Source of the DNA: a virus
Reading direction: 5' to 3' (one strand)
Virus record (IMG/VR): IMGVR_UViG_3300047546_001437
Location: 1 to 64,000 of that record
DNA: 64,000 bases
Shown here: one piece after another, positions 16,618 to 26,601 of the stretch
How the letters are laid out: each line of letters opens with the position of its first letter
How positions within the stretch are numbered: position 1 is the first letter of the stretch
The notes under the pieces: model-generated
Told to the model about the DNA's origin: nothing
The model's input: only the letters and a program-made list of their open reading frames with translations
The model's database searches: none
Translations under genes and position numbers: made by a program

Positions 16618-16841
16618 TGGCATCAGCAAAAATATTAGATAAAAATAATAATAAACTCAAGGCAATCAATGCAGTATCTTATGCAATAATTAATGTAGCA
16701 AATGACACTAGAACAGTAAAAATTAACGAGGTACTGCCATTTAGAGTCAAGTTTACAAATATAGGAATTGAAGGATATAACAGGTTAAATCCAGCAGGTA
16801 TTGGAATCGCAGTAATTGGTTTCAATAACTATATTCTTTAA
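16617..16841 (+). CDS. hypothetical virion protein
   Basis: TAATG coupling. Confidence 0.7.
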   Translation: MASAKILDKNNNKLKAINAVSYAIINVANDTRTVKINEVLPFRVKFTNIGIEGYNRLNPAGIGIAVIGFNNYIL

Positions 16842-16871
16842 TAATACAAAAATGGAGGTTATAATATAGCC

Positions 16872-17318
16872 ATGGCAAAAATAACAATCCCTGCCGTTAA
16901 AGCAAAGTTCAGAACAGGTGATCGTCCTACACAGGAAGATTACGAAGATTTAATTGACACCCTTGCAGGTGCTGGAAATGATCTTGGCTCATCTGGTAAT
17001 AATGAAAACACAATCTCTGGCATTGAAAATGTTACAGTGATAGATAATTTTGACGCCACACAATGGCGTATGGTTAAGTACTTGGTCTCCATAGCAAAAA
17101 CAACTGCTGGAGATAACAAGTTTTATGCAACAGAGTTGACCATACTTGTAGACGGTACAAATGTAAACGTCTCTGAGTATGGCACTATAGACAATGATGG
17201 GAATATTGGCACCATTAGCGTCTCACGGACTGGAAATACCGTGGCTTTAACAGTCACTCCAGATCCTGCAATTAAGCCAGTCACAGTTCGTTATGCACGA
17301 ATTGGACTTAAGGCATAA
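16872..17318 (+). CDS. virion protein sharing its C-terminal domain with 17335-19116
   Basis: FRTGDRPT..DYEDLIDT; KYLV...TEL...EYG vs EFLV...SKV...EYA. Confidence 0.75.
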   Translation: MAKITIPAVKAKFRTGDRPTQEDYEDLIDTLAGAGNDLGSSGNNENTISGIENVTVIDNFDATQWRMVKYLVSIAKTTAGDNKFYATELTILVDGTNVNVSEYGTIDNDGNIGTISVSRTGNTVALTVTPDPAIKPVTVRYARIGLKA

Positions 17319-17334
17319 ATAAGGAGATAAAAAT

Positions 17335-19116
17335 ATGGCAACAGTAACAAAAGACTTCAAAGTAAAGAACGGTCTTATTGTTGAAGGCACAACAGGTACC
17401 ATCAATAACCACGACATTCTTACAAAGAAGACAGACGATCAAAATTATATCGTCAACTTAATTGGTGGAACAGCCACCTCAGCAAACGAAGCAAACAAGG
17501 TTGTAAAGCGTGATGGCTCAGGCAACTTTGCTGCAGGAGTAGTAACAGCAGACCTCGTTGGTGATGTAACTGGTAATGCAGACACAGCAACAACACTTGA
17601 AACATCAAGAAAGATTGAACTTTCTGGAGATGTTACTGGTGAAGTAATGTTTAATGGCTCACAAAATGTAGTCATTACAGCAACAATTGATGGATCTTTT
17701 GCAACAGATTCAGAAGTTGCTACAGCAAAGTCTGAAGCAATTTCAAGTGCAAATGATTATACAGATGATGAAATTGCAGCAGAAGTAACTGCTCGTAATT
17801 CAGCAATTGCTACAGCAAAGTCTGAAGCACTTTCAGATGCAGCAGCAGATGCTACCTCAAAGGCTAATGCAGCAGAAGCAGCAGCAATCGCTGCAGCAGC
17901 AGCAGATGCAACAACTAAGGCTAATGCTGCCGAGGTTGCTGCAAAGGCATACACAGATACTCGTGAGACTGCTATCACAAATGCATATCAGTCATATGCT
18001 AATCAAGCAGAACTTGATGCTATTTCATCAGCAAATGCTTATGCCGATGATAAGATTGCAGATCTTGTAGATTCTGCTCCAGCACTTCTTGATACACTCA
18101 ATGAGTTGGCTGCAGCAATTAACGATAATCCAAACTTCTCAACAACAATCGCTACACAGATTGGTGAAAAGGTTGCTAAGTCTGGAGATACAATGTCTGG
18201 CGACCTTAATATGGGAAGCAACAAGGTTACAAGCCTTGCAGCACCAACTGCTAATGGAGATGCAGCAAACAAACTTTATGTTGATAATGCAGAGCAATCA
18301 GCAAAAGATTATGCTGATGACCTTGCATCAAATTATGATGCAGCAGGTTCTGCAGCAGCAGCACAGGCAGCAGCAGAAACATTTGCTACAAATGCAGATT
18401 CAGCACTTTATAATACAGTAACAGGTGATATTGCAACTGCTGTTTCAACTGCATCATCAGATGCTACAAATAAAGCAAACACTGCACAATCAAATGCGGA
18501 AGCATTTGCTACAAATGCAATTAATGCACTTACAACTTCAGATATTGAAGAAGGTACAAACCAATACTTCACATCTAATCGTGCAAAGATTGCAGCAGCA
18601 CAATTAATCACAAGTGCAACAAAGACAAACATTCAAATCACAGGTGATGAGAATGGACTTACAATTACTGCAGAAAATGGTGTTGCAGACTCTACAACAT
18701 CAGATCTTGCAGAAGGATCAAACCTTTACTTCACAAATGCTCGTGCAGTTTCTGCTCTTGAAGCAGTAACTCCAGATTTCCCTGCAGTAGAGATTGCTTC
18801 CGTAGCAAAGCAGGTAGCGTCACAGGCAACTGTTACAACTGCAAGCACAAACACAGCAGTTTCATGGGCTAAGGCAGATTATCGTTCTGCTGAATTCCTT
18901 GTTAAGATTGCTAATGGAACTCATACAGAAGTTTCAAAGGTTATCCTAACACTTGATACATCAGATAATATCGCAGTTACAGAATATGCAATGGTTGGAA
19001 CAAACGGTTCTCTTGGATCAGTTTCAGCAGATGTTTCTGGAGCGGATGTTCGTCTTCGTGTAACAACTGATAACAACAACTCAACAGTTGCTGTTGTTGG
19101 AACACTTTTAAAGTAA
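17335..19116 (+). CDS. Ala-rich coiled-coil tail fibre
   Basis: KDFKVKNGL N-terminus, APALLDTLNELAAA, EGxNLYFT repeats. Confidence 0.85.
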   Translation: MATVTKDFKVKNGLIVEGTTGTINNHDILTKKTDDQNYIVNLIGGTATSANEANKVVKRDGSGNFAAGVVTADLVGDVTGNADTATTLETSRKIELSGDVTGEVMFNGSQNVVITATIDGSFATDSEVATAKSEAISSANDYTDDEIAAEVTARNSAIATAKSEALSDAAADATSKANAAEAAAIAAAAADATTKANAAEVAAKAYTDTRETAITNAYQSYANQAELDAISSANAYADDKIADLVDSAPALLDTLNELAAAINDNPNFSTTIATQIGEKVAKSGDTMSGDLNMGSNKVTSLAAPTANGDAANKLYVDNAEQSAKDYADDLASNYDAAGSAAAAQAAAETFATNADSALYNTVTGDIATAVSTASSDATNKANTAQSNAEAFATNAINALTTSDIEEGTNQYFTSNRAKIAAAQLITSATKTNIQITGDENGLTITAENGVADSTTSDLAEGSNLYFTNARAVSALEAVTPDFPAVEIASVAKQVASQATVTTASTNTAVSWAKADYRSAEFLVKIANGTHTEVSKVILTLDTSDNIAVTEYAMVGTNGSLGSVSADVSGADVRLRVTTDNNNSTVAVVGTLLK

Positions 19117-19145
19117 TAAAATAAAATAAGAGGGAGTGGTAGATC

Positions 19146-19601
19146 TTGGCAACAGTAGATAAAGATTTCAAGGTCAAAAACGGACTAGTCGTAAATAACG
19201 GCGGTAGTTTTGGAGGTTCAGTAGTAGTTGGAGCACCAACACTTGCTTCACATGCTGCTACCAAAGAATACGTAGATTCTGTAATAGGCGGAATGGCTGT
19301 TGGATCTACCGCTCCTTCTTCACCAGATAATGGTGATTTATGGTTTGATACATTAACAGAAAGAGTTAATGTATATTATGGTGGCTCTTGGCTAACCATA
19401 GCAACAATTGATGATACTTTGAATTTGCCTCAACATATTCACGATACAGCAATTGATGGAACTGGATTTATTGTTACAACCTTCCGTGAGGGTGGTAGTT
19501 TCAATAGCCCACAGGGCACAGGATTAGATGGTGGAGGACCAGCAAGTACTGTTTGGGCTCAAACATTTGACGGTGGCTCACCTGTGGATAACTTCAATTA
19601 A
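19146..19601 (+). CDS. short fibre-associated protein
   Basis: KDFKVKNGL N-terminus; APSSPDNGDLWFDT. Confidence 0.75.
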   Translation: MATVDKDFKVKNGLVVNNGGSFGGSVVVGAPTLASHAATKEYVDSVIGGMAVGSTAPSSPDNGDLWFDTLTERVNVYYGGSWLTIATIDDTLNLPQHIHDTAIDGTGFIVTTFREGGSFNSPQGTGLDGGGPASTVWAQTFDGGSPVDNFN

Positions 19602-19659
19602 AAACTGATGTTATAATAAGATATAAATTCATGGGTAGAACCCATAAGGAGAGATGTAA

Positions 19660-21777
19660 ATGGCAACAAGAATGCAACAGCGCAGAGGAACTGCAGCACA
19701 ATGGACTGCAGCAAATCCAATTTTAGCAGCAGGAGAAATCGGATATGAAACCGACACTGGTAAATTTAAAATTGGTGACGGTACTAACACTTGGTCTCTC
19801 CTCAAGTACTTCCTTAACTTAGAAGCATTAGACATAGATGCAGAGGGCTTTATTACAGATGATCAAAAAGGCGTTAATAACGGTGTAGCAACACTAGACT
19901 CAAATGGTCTTGTTCCAGTTATACAGATGCCAGATCAATATATTACAGATAAAATTATTACAAAAATTGGAGAGGTTGTAGGGGCTGCCCCATCAACACT
20001 AAATACCCTTAATGAAATTGCAGCAGCATTTGACAACGATCCAAACTATGCAGATACAATTTCTGCAGCATTAGATTTAAAGGCACCAAAGGCAAGCCCA
20101 GCAATTACTGGAACAGCAACATTTGTAAATGCAACATTTAGTGGAGATGTAGATGTTCAAACTATGCCATTAAATGATAGTTCAACAAGACCTGCTACAA
20201 CTGCATATGTTTCAGGAAGAATTCAAAATGTTAATACAGTTATATCAACATTAGCATCAGAAATAGACGCAAGTCTTGAAACGCTTGGAGCAAACGATGC
20301 ATCACAGGCAAGTTCTTTAGAAGCGCTTGATGTTCGTTTAGATTCAGCAGAGGCATCAATTACTGGAAATACAGCATCAATTGCAACAATTAATACAACT
20401 CTATCTGACCATACATCAGATATATCAGCATTAGATGTAAGAGTTGACGCAACTGAGTCTGATATTTCTACAATTAATGCAGATATCACATCTATTGAAT
20501 CAAATATTGATACAGTAGAAGCAAATATAACAGGAATTCAAAGCGATGTAACAACATTGCAAAATGATTTAAATGCTGCAGAAACAGATATCTCAGCATT
20601 GCAATCAGGAGCAACAACTACAACATCAACTATTTCAACAATACAAAATAATCTTACATCAATGAGTACTGAAATAGATGGAATTGATACAAGATTAACA
20701 GCAGCCGAAACTGATATTGATGCACTACAAACAAGTGCTACATCAGCAAGTGGACATGCTTCTGCAACAACAAATGTTCATGGAATTGCAAATACAGCAG
20801 ATCTTGCAACAAAGTCTTATGCAGATAATGCTAAGACTGAGGCAATTTCTACTTCAGCAACAGCAATTGCCTTAAAGGCAGATATTGCTTCTCCAACATT
20901 TACTGGAACAGTAGTTCTTCCAGCAACAACATCTATCGGAACAGTATCTGCAACAGAGATCGGATATGTTGATGGTGTAACATCAGCAATTCAAACTCAG
21001 TTAGATGCAAAGGCTCCTTTGGCATCACCAGCATTAACTGGTACACCAACTGCTCCTACCGCTACTGCTGGTACCAATACTACTCAGGTAGCAACTACAG
21101 CATTCGTTAAGACTGCCGTTGATAATGTAGTAGCAGCAGCACCTGGTGCACTAGATACTCTTAATGAGTTAGCAGCAGCACTTGGTAATGATGCAAACTT
21201 CTCAACAACATTAACAAACAATTTAGCAGCAAAGGCACCACTTGCTTCTCCAACATTTACTGGAACAGTAACATTGCCTTCATCTACAAGTATTGGAAAT
21301 GTTAGTTCAACAGAAATTGGCTATATTGATGGTGTAACGTCATCAATCCAGACACAATTAGATGCAAAAGCACCTTCTGCAAGTCCAACACTTACAGGAA
21401 CAGTTGCTCTTCCAGCAGCATCTTCTGTAACTTTAAATGGTACAGCACTCTCAACAACATTGGCTCTTAAGGCAGATAATGCAGCAACAATTAACACTAT
21501 GAGTGGTTCACACACAATTGTTTCTGCAGATGTTAGCAACGTACGTGAAATGAGCAATGGAGGAACAATTACAATTCCTTCAGACAACTCTTTCTGGCCA
21601 GTAGGAGCAACCATGGATGTTATTCAAACTGGTTCTTCACAAGTAACAATCGGAGCAGGATCTGGAGTAACATTAAATGCTACACCAGGACTTAAACTTC
21701 GTGCACAATGGTCTTCTGCAACAATTCTTAAGAGAGCAGCAAATACATTCGTTGCTCTTGGCGACTTGTCAGCATAA
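19660..21777 (+). CDS. tail fibre with major-tropism-determinant-like N-terminus
   Basis: QRRGTAAQW..NPILAAGEIGYETDTGKFKIGDG; coiled coil; KAPLASPxFTG repeats. Confidence 0.85.
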   Translation: MATRMQQRRGTAAQWTAANPILAAGEIGYETDTGKFKIGDGTNTWSLLKYFLNLEALDIDAEGFITDDQKGVNNGVATLDSNGLVPVIQMPDQYITDKIITKIGEVVGAAPSTLNTLNEIAAAFDNDPNYADTISAALDLKAPKASPAITGTATFVNATFSGDVDVQTMPLNDSSTRPATTAYVSGRIQNVNTVISTLASEIDASLETLGANDASQASSLEALDVRLDSAEASITGNTASIATINTTLSDHTSDISALDVRVDATESDISTINADITSIESNIDTVEANITGIQSDVTTLQNDLNAAETDISALQSGATTTTSTISTIQNNLTSMSTEIDGIDTRLTAAETDIDALQTSATSASGHASATTNVHGIANTADLATKSYADNAKTEAISTSATAIALKADIASPTFTGTVVLPATTSIGTVSATEIGYVDGVTSAIQTQLDAKAPLASPALTGTPTAPTATAGTNTTQVATTAFVKTAVDNVVAAAPGALDTLNELAAALGNDANFSTTLTNNLAAKAPLASPTFTGTVTLPSSTSIGNVSSTEIGYIDGVTSSIQTQLDAKAPSASPTLTGTVALPAASSVTLNGTALSTTLALKADNAATINTMSGSHTIVSADVSNVREMSNGGTITIPSDNSFWPVGATMDVIQTGSSQVTIGAGSGVTLNATPGLKLRAQWSSATILKRAANTFVALGDLSA

Positions 21778-21816
21778 AACAGTAGTATAATTTAAAAAAT
21801 AAGGAGATTGATCTAG

Positions 21817-22944
21817 ATGGCACTATCAAGAGGTAAAGGTGGAAGAAACATTAGAAAGGCGTCGGTGCCTTCCTTTGACCAAACATATACAAGAAGTTCA
21901 TACCAATCATATTTATCAAGCATTGGTCTGTTTTATTCAGAAAACTCTACCAACACCTCTGATAGTGGTCTAGATCAGCGCTGGAATTCACAAAATATTG
22001 CTCCAGGTACAGTAGTTCCATTTGGAACAACTATTGGTATTAATTACTACATTTATGTATACCCTGGTTTTAGCCATTATGGTGGTTTCTATCATGGCTT
22101 CTATCATGGATTTGGTCACTATGCTGGATTTACACACTATGCAGCATTTAGCCACTATGCTGGTTTCACACACTATGCAGCATTTGGACACTATGCAGCA
22201 TTCGGACACTATGCAGCATTCGGACACTATGCTGGATTCTATCATGGTTTCTATCACTCATTTGCACACTATTCTTCATTTGCACACTATTCTTCATTTG
22301 CACACTACGCAAACTTTAGCCACTACTATAGTGGATTCTCTCATGGTTATGGCGGATTCGGACATGGTTATGGCGGATTCGGACATGGTTATGGCGGATT
22401 CTATCATGGATTCGGACACGGTTATGGCGGATTCGGACACTACGGTGGCTTTGGTGGTGGCGGAGGTGCCAGAGGCTACTCAATTGGTGGAGAAACTGGT
22501 CTATTAAGTCCAACAGGAGTTATCTTGGCTGAAAACTTAAAGGTAGGAGACAAGTTATTAGCACTAGATATTTCAGAAATAGATATGGCTGGATTTAATC
22601 CTTCACAATGGTCTTCAGAAACAATATCTGGAAACGGTATAGTAGAGACAACAGTAGTATCAATTAATAGCAGAGTCTCAGATCGTGCTATTGTTATAAA
22701 TGGAGATATTTACTCTATACATCACTGGATCTTAGCAAGAAAAGATGGCGTTATTAGATTCGTAAGTTCTTCAGACATAGATACAACATATGAAGTTTAT
22801 AACTTCCAGACTCTAGACTGGGTCGAGGTTCAGTCTGCTGAAAGTATCGCTTACATTGATAGAGTTTATACAATTAACTGTGAGCCTTACGATATGTTCT
22901 TTACTAACTCAATGTTAGTATATGACCGAGTAGAAACTGACTAA
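21817..22944 (+). CDS. F-x-H / His-Tyr-Gly repeat protein with N-terminal PASTA-like and C-terminal Hint-like domains
   Basis: About 22 F-x-H units; SIGGET..AENLKVGDKLL...VYTINCEPYDMFFTNSMLVYD resembles a Hint fold. Confidence 0.8.
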   Translation: MALSRGKGGRNIRKASVPSFDQTYTRSSYQSYLSSIGLFYSENSTNTSDSGLDQRWNSQNIAPGTVVPFGTTIGINYYIYVYPGFSHYGGFYHGFYHGFGHYAGFTHYAAFSHYAGFTHYAAFGHYAAFGHYAAFGHYAGFYHGFYHSFAHYSSFAHYSSFAHYANFSHYYSGFSHGYGGFGHGYGGFGHGYGGFYHGFGHGYGGFGHYGGFGGGGGARGYSIGGETGLLSPTGVILAENLKVGDKLLALDISEIDMAGFNPSQWSSETISGNGIVETTVVSINSRVSDRAIVINGDIYSIHHWILARKDGVIRFVSSSDIDTTYEVYNFQTLDWVEVQSAESIAYIDRVYTINCEPYDMFFTNSMLVYDRVETD

Positions 22945-22945
22945 T

Positions 22946-23692
22946 TTGGCCAGACTACCCAATCACGATTACTATTCTGATGAGTGGGCAAACGAACCAT
23001 TCATAATACCTGATCAATTATTGGCATTACAGCAAAAAAGAATTGGCAGTGCAACACCATATAGCATAAGCCCTCAAATTGCAACATTTACTAGAAAGTA
23101 TAGTGAAAAAATACAAAATGCTCCAGATCACGATGCTGTAGAATTTGCAAAATATGAGGTAGATTGGCAAAAAGAATATCGTGAGCAAAAACATTTATTT
23201 GTTCCGCAAAATCGATGGGCACATGAAGTTGTTGAGCCACCAGTTCACATAAAAGATAATTTATACAAAATAAATGTATCTGCTGATGTTTATCCACATT
23301 TAGAACCTTTAGAGCATCAGTATGAAGAATCTGGAACAATCATACGTGAAAAAGAATATAGGTTTATTACTAGAACACTTTATAAGTATGTGGATGCTAC
23401 AAAAAATGTTGTTTTGGAAAAGGATTTAGATCCAGAGTGGTGTTCGAGAGTTTATGTTTGGAAAATTAGATGGCTACCACAAAAACCAGCAGTTTTAACA
23501 TTTTTTTCAAATGAGGATATGGTATACTGGAAGACACCAGAAACAATAGTTGATACAAAAGATATTGCAGAAGATGCACAAGGAGTGATAGACGTGCCAG
23601 TTATATTTAAAAAAGGACTTAAGCGCAGTATGCACTACATAAAGCATGATACAACAATACTATATATGAAGGTAGATTTTCATGAAGAATAA
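22946..23692 (+). CDS. hypothetical protein in the putative modification cluster
   Basis: ORF track; coupled to neighbours; weak resemblance to the C-termini of the next two genes. Confidence 0.75.
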   Translation: MARLPNHDYYSDEWANEPFIIPDQLLALQQKRIGSATPYSISPQIATFTRKYSEKIQNAPDHDAVEFAKYEVDWQKEYREQKHLFVPQNRWAHEVVEPPVHIKDNLYKINVSADVYPHLEPLEHQYEESGTIIREKEYRFITRTLYKYVDATKNVVLEKDLDPEWCSRVYVWKIRWLPQKPAVLTFFSNEDMVYWKTPETIVDTKDIAEDAQGVIDVPVIFKKGLKRSMHYIKHDTTILYMKVDFHEE

Positions 23693-24398
23693 AACAAACA
23701 TTATAACATTTATACCTAAAAATGAATTTGTTATAGAGTATACAGATAAACCAGAACCTATGATAAAAAATCTTCCTTCTTGGTGGAGAAAGGTTCATCC
23801 ATATGTTAATGGAGAAAAAACTTTACGTAATGGTCAATATAGTGAGACTGTAAAAAAGTGTCCTGGAATATTAGATTTGCTATCTACAGGATATTTATTA
23901 AAAACACCATGCGATATTTTTCTAGATGCAACTGGACCAAAACTAGATTGGCAAGTTCACCATGCACACAAAGAATCTGTTACAGTTCATTCTCAACCAC
24001 AAGTTGAAGGCTGGGATTTTGACAAAAATGATTGGATGGAAGATATATTTAGAATTCATCCAATGTGGGTAGTAGCAACAGAAAAAGGTTATAGTACTTT
24101 ATTTGTGCAGCCATCATTTCATACAAGCCTACCATTTGAAATAGTTCCAGCAATTATTGATACAGACATGTATCCTTCAGATGGACCATTCTCTATGAGA
24201 GTTAAAAGAGGCTTTAAAGGTGTCCTAGAGGCAGGAACTCCACTAGTTCAATGTATTCCTTATAGAAGAGAAAAGTGGGAAGCAAATATACTTGAAAAGC
24301 CAGATTTGAAAGTTTTAAACTCTATACCTTGGAAATTAAGGCATAAGTTTGGCGGGGCATACAAAAAACTTATGTGGGAAAAGAAGGTGTTTAATTAA
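23682..24398 (+). CDS. conserved phage hypothetical protein (TVKKCPG..D...GY family)
   Basis: Paralog of 24398-25159: LPxWW, KxC, GYxLxxPxD, LPF, GTPxxxxIPxxR. Confidence 0.8.
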   Translation: MKNKTNIITFIPKNEFVIEYTDKPEPMIKNLPSWWRKVHPYVNGEKTLRNGQYSETVKKCPGILDLLSTGYLLKTPCDIFLDATGPKLDWQVHHAHKESVTVHSQPQVEGWDFDKNDWMEDIFRIHPMWVVATEKGYSTLFVQPSFHTSLPFEIVPAIIDTDMYPSDGPFSMRVKRGFKGVLEAGTPLVQCIPYRREKWEANILEKPDLKVLNSIPWKLRHKFGGAYKKLMWEKKVFN

Positions 24399-25159
24399 TG
24401 GATAAATTTGAAGAAAGATATGCAAACCCAGAACCACTTGAAAATTTAAAGGTTCAGTTTTATACATCTAATGCATATGTAAATACAACTCCTGGTCCAG
24501 TGCCAGCAATTGACAATCTTCCAGAATGGTGGAAGGATCGTCCTATATATCAAAAAAATGATCAAATTGATAGACTATCTATCATGAATAATCGTGGTGC
24601 AGATGCTGCATCAATTAGTGTAAAGCATTGTATGCCATTTTTTGATGCAATAACTTGTGGATATCATTATTTATTGCCAACAGATGTTCATGTTGCAAAA
24701 ACAGAAGACCCAGATAGACCAGATATTTGGTGGGATGAAGATGCTCCAAGACCAATTGAGATGCGTGGTCATTTAGAGTTACCAGTTCCATCTGGATGCT
24801 ATCCAATTCATTTTGTTTGGGATATGAGATGGGGAACAAAGATGCCAGACGGATGGTCTGCAATGATCACACACCCTATAGACAGATATGATTTACCATT
24901 CTTTACTATGACAGCCATACAGGATTCTGACAGATGGTTTACTGGAAACGTTGTTACCTTCTTTTTAAGAAAAGATTTTGAAGGTACAATTAAAAAGGGT
25001 ACACCAATAATGTCAATTATTCCAATAAAAAGAGCAAACTGGAATATGGAAATAGACCATTCCCTACAAACTGAGGGTTTATGGGATCTTGAAAGAAAAA
25101 GAAATTACATTTATGGATTTTATAAAAAACATAGATGGATCAGAAAGAAATATAGATAG
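24398..25159 (+). CDS. conserved phage hypothetical protein, paralog of 23682-24398
   Basis: Same motif series. Confidence 0.8.
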   Translation: MDKFEERYANPEPLENLKVQFYTSNAYVNTTPGPVPAIDNLPEWWKDRPIYQKNDQIDRLSIMNNRGADAASISVKHCMPFFDAITCGYHYLLPTDVHVAKTEDPDRPDIWWDEDAPRPIEMRGHLELPVPSGCYPIHFVWDMRWGTKMPDGWSAMITHPIDRYDLPFFTMTAIQDSDRWFTGNVVTFFLRKDFEGTIKKGTPIMSIIPIKRANWNMEIDHSLQTEGLWDLERKRNYIYGFYKKHRWIRKKYR

Positions 25160-25167
25160 GATAAATA

Positions 25168-25830
25168 ATGGAAAAACATTACGAATATGGTGATGCTAAT
25201 CAACCAAGTAATAGCAAGTCTACTAAAGAGCATAAATTCTTCGATAGAAATATAGAGATTAATAATCTTGAACAACTTGAGAAATTATTAATTACTCAAT
25301 ATGAAAGAATTAATCGTGGAGAGATTATTAAGGGGAACAAAAATGAGCATACCCCTTGGGATCAATCTGGTAGTGCAACTACAATAAATTGGAATAAGTA
25401 TAATGTCTTTCAATTCTATGATGAGAATATCTATACTCTTTTCAGAGCGGTAAGAGACATGACAGTTGATGCTTGTCAGCATTATGAATTAGATTTTATA
25501 AAAGAACAATTTTATGTTCAGGGATGGTTCAATGTTAACTATAACCATATTGGAAAGTTAGATTGGCATGAACATGGTGGAGAAGGTGCACCACATTTCC
25601 ATGGCTATTATTGTGTAAAGGCAGAGCCATCTAAAACTCATTATAGAGTTTTTGAAAAAGAAATTGAAGTAAATAATAAAAATAACCGTGCCATTCTTTC
25701 AGAAACTGGCCATCCTCACGCAATGGGTGACTGGGATTGGGATGGACCAAGAATCACAATAGCATATGACGTAATTCCACTAAGATTTATACCAAAAGAG
25801 TGGGAACAACACTGGATACCACTAATCTAA
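25168..25830 (+). CDS. putative 2OG-Fe(II)/cupin-fold oxygenase (HxH type)
   Basis: GWFNVN...WHEH...GYYCV...H...RITIAYD double-stranded beta-helix pattern. Confidence 0.7.
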   Translation: MEKHYEYGDANQPSNSKSTKEHKFFDRNIEINNLEQLEKLLITQYERINRGEIIKGNKNEHTPWDQSGSATTINWNKYNVFQFYDENIYTLFRAVRDMTVDACQHYELDFIKEQFYVQGWFNVNYNHIGKLDWHEHGGEGAPHFHGYYCVKAEPSKTHYRVFEKEIEVNNKNNRAILSETGHPHAMGDWDWDGPRITIAYDVIPLRFIPKEWEQHWIPLI

Positions 25831-25840
25831 GGAGGAAGTT

Positions 25841-25954
25841 ATGGACGTAAGAATAGAAATTGCTGGTCAATATCAGTTCACTGTTATTAAAGAACTAGCA
25901 GATCTTCTGGCTAAAGAATGCCCAGATACAGTTAAACTTGTCATTGAGGAATAA
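25841..25954 (+). CDS. hypothetical 37-aa protein
   Basis: AGGAGG SD; MDVRIEIAGQYQFTVIKELADLLAKECPDTVKLVIEE. Confidence 0.6.
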   Translation: MDVRIEIAGQYQFTVIKELADLLAKECPDTVKLVIEE

Positions 25955-25957
25955 TTA

Positions 25958-26299
25958 ATGCGTATAGCATCTTTAACTTTCTTAATGCTATTAGTATCTT
26001 TGATGGTAGGTTTAGTGATCTATAAATATACTATAGACACAAGACTTACCATTAAAGAACTAAAAAAAGATCGTGATACCTATAGAAATAATATTTGGAA
26101 TTTCATGAAGGGTATGGATAAAGAAAGAAAACGTATGGAACAAATAAATGAACAAACAAATAATTTGGCCTATACTAATTTAAAGAAAAAGATTAAAAAA
26201 CTTCATGATGACATAGAGGATACAGATTTTACAACTTTTGAAAATGTAAAAGAAGAAATTTTGTCTTCATTAAAGGATATAGACTCATATGGCGATTAG
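25958..26299 (+). CDS. single-TM coiled-coil protein
   Basis: Hydrophobic N-terminus. Confidence 0.7.
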   Translation: MRIASLTFLMLLVSLMVGLVIYKYTIDTRLTIKELKKDRDTYRNNIWNFMKGMDKERKRMEQINEQTNNLAYTNLKKKIKKLHDDIEDTDFTTFENVKEEILSSLKDIDSYGD

Positions 26300-26492
26300 T
26301 ATTAAAATAAACAAAGATTGCCAGGCTTGGGGTCAATGTGTATTTGATGCTCCAGAAGTATTTGATTTAGTTGAAAGTGAAAGAAAGACCTGGAAGTATG
26401 TTGTAGATGATTCTCTTTTAGAAAAAGTAAAGATGGCTCATTCTCATTGTCCAAATAGAGCAATTTCTTTCGAGGTGCTTAAAGATGAATAA
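26289..26492 (+). CDS. single-cluster (3Fe-4S-type) ferredoxin
   Basis: CQAWGQC...APEVF...CPNRAI. Confidence 0.8.
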   Translation: MAISIKINKDCQAWGQCVFDAPEVFDLVESERKTWKYVVDDSLLEKVKMAHSHCPNRAISFEVLKDE

Positions 26493-26601
26493 AATTAAAT
26501 GTTTAATTTTTGGTCACAGAATTGAAGAATCTTCTTGTCCATATACAATGAGGACATATCAAACCTGCATCCGTTGTGGATCTAAAGGTATTAAGTCTTA
26601 A
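26485..26601 (+). CDS. 38-aa Cys/His-rich protein
   Basis: MNKIKCLIFGH...CPYT...CIRCG. Confidence 0.55.
   Translation: MNKIKCLIFGHRIEESSCPYTMRTYQTCIRCGSKGIKS

Noticed and set aside
19583-19591. Isolated DnaA-box match TGTGGATAA
   Set aside because: Single copy inside a coding sequence; plausible by chance
19660-21777. Diversity-generating retroelement suggested by the Mtd-like N-terminus
   Set aside because: No reverse transcriptase and no TR/VR repeat pair seen in the window
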